A DNA stretch of 61,118 nt, the filler included, from Platydemus manokwari (lineage: Eukaryota): the NCBI GenBank assembly GCA_037951405.1. It is 5 parts of 5 records of this genome, joined end to end, with 100 filler letters (N's around TTAATTAATTAA, not from the genome) between each part and the next. Parts side by side here need not be neighbours in the genome. Positions count along the whole stretch, not along the records: positions 21,822 to 31,432 come from JBBMOY011225654.1; positions 31,533 to 41,606 come from JBBMOY011171989.1; 3 more parts are not named here. One strand, 5' to 3'. Shown here one piece after another: positions 24,136-35,499 of the stretch. A program made the translations under genes and the position numbers. Numbering within the stretch: position 1 is the stretch's first letter; the number at the start of each line of letters is the position of its first letter. The notes beneath the pieces were generated by a model. That model was not told where the DNA came from. It did no database searches and saw only the letters and a list, made by a program, of their open reading frames with translations.

Positions 24136-25689
24136 CACTTGTCTGTCAATAGTTTCCATTTTCTGGCAAATGTTTGTGATATTGCTGTTGTTATTTTGAA
24201 GGATTTTCTCTCAGAAATGAGGTCCAATCGTGAGAAATGCTCAAGGCTCAGTGGTAAATTGGAATAAAGTTGAATGAAATGACTATAGATTTGAATTGAC
24301 CATGGGCAAAATACAGAATAATAATAATCATTGAATGATATTCGATGAGAACATTTGATTATGGTGCTATTAATTGATATTGGTTGGTTCCCATGGATGA
24401 TCTAGTTATTAACAGCAATTAGGATGTTTGTGTAGATATAAAAATAAAGATATAAGTGCTTATATAAACCAATAATAGCTTGATATTCATAAGTACGCTG
24501 ATTAACAATTCCATAATTTCAGCAACAAACCGAATATAAGCATAGTTTGTGAAACTCATTGCATATAAAGAGATCTAAATGTTCCAATGATAAATAATAG
24601 GGAAGTGAAGAAATGTCATCTACTATAGTCAATAATATCCACATAGAAGTAAAAGAGATTTTAGAAATGATTTTGTAAAAGTAGTTATTATATGTCACTT
24701 AAACGATAAATGTTTCGAGTAAGTACTATGATTAACAAAATTAATGATATTACTTTTCGAAGGAAATCATATAATTGATATACGTAAATAGTTTTGTAGA
24801 ATGGGTTTGTTCAACTGATTGTCCTTCGAATAATCATGTTAATAATTACTTAGATTAGTCTAATGATAAGTCTAAATCATTTAATATCTGATGTTTCTTA
24901 AGACTTTCTGATCGTTTCAATAGAAGAAAAATTTCCTTATTAACAGCAATTTGATTAATTTTTCCTTGTTCATCTACCAAATATTGGTGGTATTTGTAGT
25001 ATTTATTTATATATTCATTATATATTATTTTGATTTTTGGAATTACTGTTATGAAAACTGTAAGGTGATGCTATGGTTTTAACAGTGTCATCATAAAAAC
25101 TGGTCTTGTTTTCTAGATTTCCTTATATTTTTCATAGGCTAAGAAGGTTAAATATAAATTACAATGAATATAAATTAACATATATAATTAATATTTGTAA
25201 ATAAAATCGGTAATTTTATAAATTATCATAGTTAAAATATAATTTATTAATATTAATCCTTAGATTATTTGTTAAGTGTAATTTCTCCTGTCTAACTTTT
25301 AAATAATTGATTGATCATGGTAATACAGTGAATATACAGACTACTCAGTACGCAAATACTAGATTGAATCAGTAACCAGTATTACACAGGTACCTGAATT
25401 TATCTTCGGTTCTAATATTTTAATCCTGTATAACTCTGCTTTTATATATTTCGATAAAGATAAACGTGATAGAGTAGTATATTTTTAGATTTGTGTGGAT
25501 TTATTGAAACATCATAATTACTTAGAAATATTACCAAAAACACAATTCAATTATCTCTTCAAATTATTAGTGGATACATAGAATATCAATAGAATATTTA
25601 AGAATTTTATGCAGCGCAATCTTTATATTTAAACTAGCTTAAGTGTTTTAATAATGTGTAAGATTCATTATTTTGAGTTTAAGATTTAA

Positions 25690-26484
25690 ATGACAATTTG
25701 CAATATTACTCGAAGATTAATAAATCAAAGTATAATTAGAAATAATTTGAAACTTTTTGATTCAAAACAAGTTGAGTATTTGGAAAGTGACAATTGCATT
25801 TTGGTTGATAAAACAGATAAGGTTCTGGGATCAATCTCAAAAAAAGAATGTCATTTAAAGAAAAACATTAACAATGGAATGTTACACCGTGCTTTCAGTT
25901 TATTTCTTTTTGATTGTAATAATAATTTATTACTTCAACAAAGATCAATTAAGAAGATTACATATCCACTTCATTTTACAAATACTTGCTGCAGTCATCC
26001 ATTGTATAACAATAACGAAATAGATAGCTTCAACGATATTGGAATTAGACGAGCTGCTATTCGTAAACTTGATCATGAATTAGGGATCAAAATCGATATT
26101 AATTGTATTACACGTATTGCCAGAATTTTATACAAAGCTGATAATTTCATTCCAAAATTTATCATTGACAAGGATTCTGAAAATTATTCATATTATTACG
26201 ATTTTGGTGAAAATGAATTGGATTATATTCTCGTTGCGAAATTACAACTAGATAAAAATAACTTATTTACGAATATTAATGAAAACGAAGTTGTTTCTAT
26301 TAAATGGATTTTACAAAGCCAAATAGATGATTTTATTAACAGTTGTAAAGAAGATTCTGTACCAATATCTCCGTGGTTTAATTTGATATATTCCAATGGC
26401 TTCCTCCATCAAATATGGAATAATATCGATAATTTAAAAGCAATAACAAATTGTGAAATCAAAGATTTTCGAGTGTCATTTTGA
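25690..26484 (+). CDS. IDI1: Isopentenyl-diphosphate delta-isomerase type 1, intronless, 264 aa
   Basis: CILVD, SKKECHL, LHRAFSLFLF, LLLQQRS, TNTCCSHP (catalytic Cys), AAIRKLDHELG, GENELDY, EV..IKW, SPWF. Confidence 0.97.
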   Translation: MTICNITRRLINQSIIRNNLKLFDSKQVEYLESDNCILVDKTDKVLGSISKKECHLKKNINNGMLHRAFSLFLFDCNNNLLLQQRSIKKITYPLHFTNTCCSHPLYNNNEIDSFNDIGIRRAAIRKLDHELGIKIDINCITRIARILYKADNFIPKFIIDKDSENYSYYYDFGENELDYILVAKLQLDKNNLFTNINENEVVSIKWILQSQIDDFINSCKEDSVPISPWFNLIYSNGFLHQIWNNIDNLKAITNCEIKDFRVSF

Positions 26485-29094
26485 ATTTTTATTTTTGCTT
26501 AATAAATTTTCTGATAAACACAATTTTGTACAATTTTTATATTGTGTTATTGATATTTTAATTTACTTTGGAACATTTTCAGTGGTGTTAAAGATAAATA
26601 CATAGATTTCTTCAGTTACCATTTTGTTGGTTCTCAACTATGGCGACGTCTATTGTATTTATTTTATATCATTTTTTGTACAAAATATACCTTGTTAGAA
26701 CAATTTAAATTTCATTATTATTTGGAGTGTGATAGGTTTGTCTAGCATTTAAAAATTTCAAATGGAGATTTTTAGTTGGGAATAAATCTGATTCATTTTT
26801 AAATAGGTTCTTCATGGGATAGCTTGTTAAATAAAGAGAAAAACGATTTTGAACTCTTTCAACCTTCACTTTAATACAAACATACAGGCATCCAAAGTAA
26901 ACCCATACATATTCACTCAATCCAAAACAATTTCAAAAACAATAAAAGTATTCGTATTTTAAAGTTGATATTAAAAAGAATATATGCTTGTATAAATAAT
27001 TTCTCTAAGATTAATTGTAAATAAGCAAATACTGTTAACAGGATAATTTGTGATATTTAGTAAAAGTTGAATAGCTCTTATTAATATAAACAAAATTAAA
27101 AACTATTATTAGTTAAAAGGAGATAACAAATAAAATATTGTAAAAAAATATTATAATAAAGGAATAAGAAAATGTTTTATTCGAATAAAACTTTCGAGTG
27201 CAAGTTGAAATTTTAATTAAGTTTTCACAAAGTAATGGCATAACTCAAATGATTCAAATTCTGTCTAAATTTGGATTGCATTTATAGTTTTGAATCATAA
27301 TTGATAACAATGAATTATAAATATTGTACATTTTACTTTAAAAATCAGAATAACAAATGTTAAAGCTGTTGAGTACAACCTTGTAATAAATAATAATGGA
27401 TATATAATTTTTTCAAAATAACAATAGCCTAAATCACCCAAAACATTAATTTATCTAAAAATAAAACGAAAACAAGGAAAATTTAAACATAGATTAAAAT
27501 ATATCTAAATTTGGAATTTAAACAAAGGCATTACCAAAAATAGCAATCGGAAAAAAGAATGGGATAAAAATAGTATGAATAAATCACAACAATAGATTTA
27601 AAATATAAAAAAGAAAAAATATCAATTTGAATAAGGTGAAATAATTACAAAGGTCACCCGAAAATTTATTACAACTGAAAACTCTTTGTATTGGTGATTT
27701 ATTCATTCTAAGAATTCATCTCAACGATTCGTGTTCCATTGTAGTGAAATTAAACATTGATTAGACAACGAAGAAATCTCATTGAAATACAATATGTCGG
27801 ATTATATGAAAGCCGTGTTTAAAAGAAGACGATATACTACATTCTACTCTGTTCTATAATCGAAACTTTGGTCAAATATATTAAAATAAATGTCGACTAT
27901 TGTATTATATCCTAAATCTACGATAAAAACTTTCGAAAAAGAATTGTGAATTGTAATGTATTATTATCTCAAATCTATTACAATTATCTACCAGGAACTT
28001 CTTATTAAAAACTGAAAGTGTATATTATTTTGAATAACGTTTACCGAATTATTTCTTAATTAAACTTTTATATTCTTACAAATACATGTACAAATTTAGC
28101 ATAATTATAGACTGAATCTCGCTCGTTCATCTAGGATTTAAAATTCTAATTTAAAATCTAAAAATGAAAAAAAAACAAATCAATTTAAGTGATTACGGTA
28201 TCTTTAGACTTAATCACCAACCAAATCAATTAAGGGCTCTTCATGCCATTGTCACGGGAAGTCAGTGATGGGTTTTGGTTTTGTCTCAGTGGAGACTTAC
28301 TGTGGGAATTGAGGCCATAAATATCTGATTATTTGTCAAAAAGCTTACTCATTCTAATAATTCATTGGTATAAAAATACTTTGTATTGTAATTTTGGTTG
28401 ACTTTATTTGAATCTTGTTGTTAATATTTATTATCATAGTAATTTTATTTCATTATATCAAACTATTAATTCTATTATTATTCTATAAACTAAATCTATA
28501 ATATTCATTATTTACATTCACCTTTTGGGGTCAGGCTTATAACTAAAATTCTTTAAATACAATAGAACTCAATTAATTATAAGGTTTTAATATTTAACTG
28601 TTACGTTTCGGAGTCACTACTTTCTTTTTTGATTTTTAATTATCTTGATCGAAATCTACGACTTAACCAGTTCTCAGAGTCCGTCTGACTCTCAGATAGT
28701 AATATGAACTTATTTTAATAGTGTTCGTTCGTTGTCTAGGTGTTCTCAATTTATATGGAGATAAGTGGAACGACGTAGAAATTGATTTATTTAACTTAAA
28801 CCCTATCAGTGCTTCTATTATTGTCTTATCGATGTTATTGATTTTACTTAAGTCTCAATTAATTTAATAACTTTAAAAGGTGATGAATGACAATGAACTA
28901 TTTAATAATGAATTTACGAACTCTATAAACGCTAAATGCTTAATAAATATCAAAACTGATTTTTAACACCAAGATATGTATTCGAATTAAATGTTACAAA
29001 TTTGATACTGTTATACAATTATAATTTTTAAGCTACTTATGGATACATAGACGATGATTTTTATATACCATTCAGAGAAAATATTGTGGACCAT

Positions 29095-29185
29095 CAAGAC
29101 CCTTCGTGAATATTGGGAAAGTGTCCATTTCAAGAGAGTTTTCCGAGCTTGGCTCGATAAATAGGAAGAATATGTGGTATGAATA
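29095..29185. repeat. Dispersed repeat with an inverted copy at ~51825-51915
   Basis: GAGCTTGGCTCGATAAATAGGAAGAATATGTGGTATG versus reverse-complement GAGCTTCGCTCAATAAATAGAAAGAATATGGGGTATG; upstream AATATTGGG...GTCCATTT is also shared. Confidence 0.75.
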
Positions 29186-29589
29186 TCAATGTGATCTTAA
29201 CTGTATCATCTTACTGTTTGTTCTTCGAGTAGAAAATACTGGACATATCCTATTCCCGGTCGCGGCAATAAATGATCTTGGGTTTTAGGTTCTGGTTCTT
29301 CTTATGTAACCATTGTGCAGTGCGTATAATGATTGCGGTCACTGGCTTATATAGGCAGTGGTGAGTCATTCACAGATATTGTTCGCAATTTTTATTTAAT
29401 GCAATACATATATGTTTAATGCGCTAGAATTTATCGTGGCAGAAAGAAATTCTCTGTGATGAAATGCACGGTAATTTAATTTATTAAATACATGGATATT
29501 ATTTTATTTAATGCATTTAAGCCGTCTTAATACGTGATAAATAAAAAATTATGAACAACGAAAATAATGATAATAATAATAATATTAAA

Positions 29590-30170
29590 TAAAATTTGTT
29601 TTGTGGGTGGTCTTATGAGGGCTTCAATAGCTCGCATGAGGTCGAATCTATCGGAATGTGACTGAAATATTCTAATGGTTCAACAATAAACACTGTAATT
29701 ATTGACTGTTACGACAAGGATTCAAATGTCCAGCTGCAACCAGTTATTACTTATAGCACAAATCAATATTGATTATTAAGCGATTATCTAGTAGACAATG
29801 TTTGTTAATAAAATTTTATTTAAGAAATCGAAAACAATATTAACACTAAAAAACCAATAAAAAGATTTTGCCAAATTATAAAATGCACTACCAAAGTAGA
29901 TAACTGCGTCATACCCAAAGTTTCTGATACTTGGTTCTAGCTTAAGAGGAGCGACACGAATATAATTTTAAATTAAAAAATTATTAATGACGTTGTGTTG
30001 TTGTGGTTGTTGATGATTTTAACTGGTCCTATTGAAGGCTTCAATAACTCGTTTGAAGACGAAGCTATCGGAAAACTAAACTGAAGTAAAGGTTAAAAAT
30101 TATAACCCGAAATATGATTAGCTGTGGCAACAAGGACTTGAGATATTCTGTTGACAACAGGACAGTCTGT
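29590..30170 (+). pseudogene. Two tandem degenerate copies (one partial) of the family also at 9780-10210
   Basis: GAGGGCTTCAATAGCTCG...CTATCGGAA (~29617) versus GAAGGCTTCAATAACTCG...CTATCGGAA (~30034); period about 415 bp. Confidence 0.65.
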
Positions 30171-30670
30171 AATTTAAAATGTTACTAAAAGCCCTATTTA
30201 CTAAATATGATAATACCACAATTGAATTATCGAATTAATTTATTTATGGAAATGAAATCGTCAAAATGTGTCGAGTACCGAGAGGAGATTACAGGTAGAC
30301 GACCACAAGAGTTTAATTAACAAAAATAAGTTAAGTGATGATTATGCAATTGTTAAGTGATAAATAAAATATTAAATATTTTTAATATAATCAATGAAAA
30401 ATATTTTTTAATTATTAATCTTATTCTTATTTAAATATTAAACCTTTTATTGTTTATATTATTCTACTGTCCATATTCGTTTTGCCAGTCATTATACCTG
30501 TCAACAACTTATCACCTAACTCTCGTCATTGTGTCTTTTCATCGTAATCTTACCTTCCAGTTTACAAAGATAAGGATAAAGAACTTATAAAATAATTATG
30601 GGCAGTTCAGATACACGAATAATAAATAACAAAATTATTATCATAAGGACATAACAAATATTGTTAGTAT

Positions 30671-30714
30671 AACGTCAAAAATCAAAACGTCAAAAATCAA
30701 AACTTCAAAAATCA
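30671..30714 (+). repeat. 15-nt tandem repeat, about 3 copies (AACGTCAAAAATCAA)
   Basis: Direct reading. Confidence 0.85.
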
Positions 30715-31356
30715 TATCAGTAAGTGTTATTGTTATATTATTAATTTGGGATTTGTGGAATTAACTGATTGGGATTGAAGTCAAAGATAGAACTGGATTT
30801 GTTGGATTAATGCATTGTGCTGAATTTGGGTTTGGTGAAGAATGACTTCGGAGAAGATTTTGAAGCTTTGGTCATCAGTGAAAAATTGTTTTTCAAAAGG
30901 GTTTGATAGCGAGAATTTAGTATTGAATGTTTGGGTGGTTACTGCATTGAGGGTTTGTTGGATAGGATTGGTAAGGGTTTACATAGAATGTTTGACAACT
31001 CGATGATTTGACGGCTCGATGATCTGAGGGTTTTGGGTATTAATGTTGCTTTGGGCCTTTGAATATGGTTAATGATGAGAATTTTGAGTGGAGTGAATCC
31101 TCAACAAATTAATTATAAATTTAACTAAAATACGATTATATAGGTAATGCTTACGATAAATAGAAAAATAACCTATACTTAACTGAAATGAATTCGTAGA
31201 AAATGCCTTTGTGGGATCTTAGTCGGATAAATGGTAATAAAATATCCTAGTAACTTCTTGTAGTTCAGTTTAAAACGATGATTTGTAGAATTTCTCCTTG
31301 TAGCTATAATAAAGTATTTCTTCTTGTAAATATTTTTATATACTCATAAATTGTAC

Positions 31357-31414
<58 letters not shown>

Positions 31415-31558
31415 GGTGTTATTATTATTATCNNNNNNNNNNNNNNNNNNNNNNNNNNNNNNNNNNNNNNNNNNNNTTAATTAATTAANNNNNNNNNNNN
31501 NNNNNNNNNNNNNNNNNNNNNNNNNNNNNNNNATTAGGGTTTGATTCGTATACCTTAA

Positions 31559-31662
31559 GGGGTTGGTCAGAGCTCACGGAGACTGATCAAGTCAGCACTG
31601 ATCCACAAATCAATTAAATATATAGACTGATAAAAAATTAAAACCATCAACCCCAAAACGAA
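31559..31662. repeat. Dispersed repeat with an inverted copy at ~58729-58835
   Basis: GGGGTT...GAGACTGAT...AAAACCATCAACCCCAAAACGAA versus reverse-complement GGGGTT...GAGACTGAT...AAAACCAACAACCCCAAAAACGAA. Confidence 0.65.
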
Positions 31663-34600
31663 GAAAGAAAATTAAATTTAAATTAAAAAAACTCAAACAA
31701 TCATATCTAAGTGTTGCGATCAGAATAGGTACTTGGTTTTTAAACTATGTTTTGTCCCTATTAGATATTTTAAAAGTGAATACAAATAAATCAATTATCG
31801 GATTTATATAAAATTTTAATTATAAAATTATCTTATGCGCGAAAATTCGTTAATACAAAAGTAGGTAAAAAGAATCCTTTTTTAAACTTAAGCTCTCAAT
31901 TTACGAGGCAAGGCCATTTATCGAAATATTTTCATATCCTTGTTTGTTTATTTTCGTGGGCCATAGCGCTTTATTTCACAATACATTGACCTTGTGCTTT
32001 GTTTATTCTTTGTATTGGGTTTTATAATTGATATTAATGTATTTAAACAAAGTTTTGTTTTATTTGGTCATTGGAATTTTTAATATGAATTTGAAAATAT
32101 TTATATTTTATTTTTAATTTTACGATTTACACAATTTGAGATTTTTTCGATAAAAATTATGAAGATTATATAAATCAATATTTTTTATTTAATTAAAATG
32201 AGGCGTGTGAGAAGATATGGGTGATATCAATATAGAAATAATGATAAAAAATATAAAAAATACATAAAGAAATTAAACTTGCATAATTAAAGTAGTTTTG
32301 ATTTCAAGACTGCGCACGCTTCATTTCCTCACAATGTTACAACTCCCAATAGACAAGTGATAAATGAGACAAGAATTGATCGTGCCATCTTGTGGTTCAC
32401 AATCCGGTTTGAAAGTAAAGTAAATGTATAAGTTCATTAGTTGTCTAAACCAAGCTGTCATGGTTGTAATTCTATTACTGCAAATAGAATAAATTTCCAT
32501 TCACAAAAATTATTCTTTTTAATAGCTAAATCAAGTATAAGTTAGGGGTTCTTTCTATATAGAACTTGAAAGATTTCTAAAAAAGCCTTACTATACTAGG
32601 CGTATAAATACATATTATTCATATTATTCAGCCTTTATTATTTATAACACGAAAATATAAATTACAAGAATATTTTATACTTAATACCTGTACCCATGGA
32701 TGTGTTGGGAAAGTGCTTCCAATGCCCCAAGCAAGTCCTACAACATAGCCACAAACGCCCCAGGCACATCCAACAATGAGAAAATAATATTAGATAAAAA
32801 TGGAGAATGGGATGGAACGGCTTATCGTGGAGATAAGCCCGAGAAAGTGGGGCGGAGGGAGCCAAGAGAAACAATAAAAACGGAACCGATGATCCCAGAA
32901 GATCCTAGAAAGGAAAACTCAAGATGGTGGGAGATGCATAAGCGAGTGGATTTAGAGGAGGAATACGACCTTGGATATCTCTAAAAACCTTTATTATAAC
33001 ATTTTGTGATTTTGTCTACAATCTTTACCTTATAATTCTTTAATTTCTCTAATCGTTCCTTGAATGTATATTGTATTCAATGTATAACATATTTTGTTAA
33101 TAATTATTTTAAAGTTAATGGAAATTTTTAATGAAAATAAATTTCAAAATAAATCGGATAACAAAAATAATAAACAGTGCGCCCAAAACAATAATAATAG
33201 AAAAAATAAATTTAATTTATACAGAATTTTAGAATGTGTTTAAGTGAGCTAATAATATATAGAAATTCCAAAATTAATTCGTTGAAATTTCTAAGTCTAA
33301 AATTAATAGAATTTATTTAATAGAATTAAAAAAATAATTAGAACTAAATTCTTGGAAAAATAAAAAAATTTTAATTTCGAAGTGGAAAAATAAAAATATT
33401 TTAAATTTCTAAAGCGAATTTTCCACTTCTAAAACAGTATAAACAGGCACCAAAAATCATTATTTCTCGCTCACAAAAATCTAGACACAAAAATCTTAAC
33501 GGTAAAACATAAAAGTCTTAGCGGAAAAAAGAAATCTTAAAAAATTGAACTCTAAAACAACAAGATGCCGACGACTATACTTGTATCAAGAAGACGAATC
33601 CATAAGCTACGAAAGGCTCACAGACTTCAGCTTAAAGACAACTGGCAATACTGGGTTTTGTGTTTAAACGGAACAACTTCTAAGGTGCGACGCTTGAAGA
33701 AACTACGTTAAACATATTTTAAAATCCATATTCTTTAAAATCATTATCTATAGCCACTCACATACCATAAATTGTACGAGTTAAAATCGTGTTTGTTGAT
33801 CCGGTTTATTAATAATCATTAATAATCATTAATTGTAAATTATCTGAAAATCTTGTAATTAATAGAACTTTGTGTATTTGGCATAATTTTCAATGGCGGA
33901 TTATTCTAATTCAATTGACTTACGTTTTGATTTATTATTCATATAGTAAATAGTTGTTGTCACAATCAATACTTGTTTCGTAATAAATAATATATTTTTT
34001 AGACTGATATTCGAGAGAGCTGATTTGAATTTAAATCGTATCAACTTTAAAGAACTCACTTGTGTTGGGAATACTAACTAATAAGACCAAAACCCAACAG
34101 ATGAAGTATATTCGATATTGCATAAGTATTTATTTGGAGCGATTCTGAAATTTATACCGTAAAAGTTAGACTGAAACATTTGACCTAGCATTTTTTTCTG
34201 GATTCTCAGCAGTGCCTAAGAAATGGATTTATTTAATTTAATGTTTCAACACCTAAAGTATTTTATCAATATCAGTTTCACATAATTTGAGAAAGCCTAT
34301 TCATCATAAATTATATTTTATGAGGTTGATTTTGTAATTGCGAAAGTCTTTTATCAAATTTAAGATTCGAAAAATCGCATGAGAAAAAACCTGGCCTGTA
34401 TAGTAAAATTTACATTATTTTCTATCATTCTCAAAAATAAGGAATTAGCATTTTACTGTGATAATAATTAAAGCCGAATATCAGAAATTATAATTGCAAA
34501 ATAACGGTTTAATCAGATCGTCAACGCATAACATACAAGAATTGTAAATCAAAGTTGAACAGAATAACAAATTTTTCAAAAATCGAATGTCAAATCACAA

Positions 34601-35499
34601 TGAGCTCGGTACTCCAATGATAAGAATAACGGGAGAAATTGTTGATCGTGAAAGGTTGAGAGTTGTTGACAAGAATGGACTTTCCTATAGTGACCTAACA
34701 CATATTATTGAATTGTTTCAGTAACACAAATTGTTGTAGAATATTATATTAATTTTTATATTTTGATCTAAGTAAAATATTATTGATTTTCTTTTAGAAT
34801 TATTCCATGGATTTTAATTTATATTTTTTAAATTATTTTTCAAAGTTTCTTTGACATCCCCAGCAATAACATGAAATAGATGAATAAAATTGAGAAAGAT
34901 GTCGAAGTAATTTTTTTGACACAACCACGATGATAAATCAAACTTTTATTTGAAGCATTATTAAAGGCTTGGTGATCAAACCATAGAATTAATTCGAAAG
35001 ATTAAAGTTTCGTAATTATTTTTATTCATCAATGTTGAATAGGTTGTTTAAGATTCAATTAAATAATTCGGTGATTGATGAATTCGAATACATAGCCACA
35101 TGATACCGCATCCAGGATGATTACCGAGTAATATTAGCAAATGATGTGAGGTTGGGAGGTGGTGATTACTTTGTTAAAATATGGTTGTTGATGGATATAG
35201 TAGCAAACTGGGTAGTTTTTCGGGGTATTTATTGTAGTACATGGGAGAAAGTATAGAAGAGGGATTCAATTAATAAATAGAGCAGACGAGGCAGTGATTG
35301 AAAATTTATCTGGGTTGTATAATTTATGTTTCGATAAAATAGAAAGTAAATTAAAGAACTTAAAGAAAGTACCTATATAATAAATTATGAAATATAGCAC
35401 TAAAACAAATACTGACTAACCAATAGCTGTCAAACATCGTAGAATTTCATTTGAATTAGAAGAAATTTAACATCTATTCGATGGAAAGTTGCAATCAAA

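Noticed and set aside
30730-31110. Strand-skewed G/T-rich block, possibly a LINE fragment
   Set aside because: No recognisable protein motif; composition alone is insufficient.
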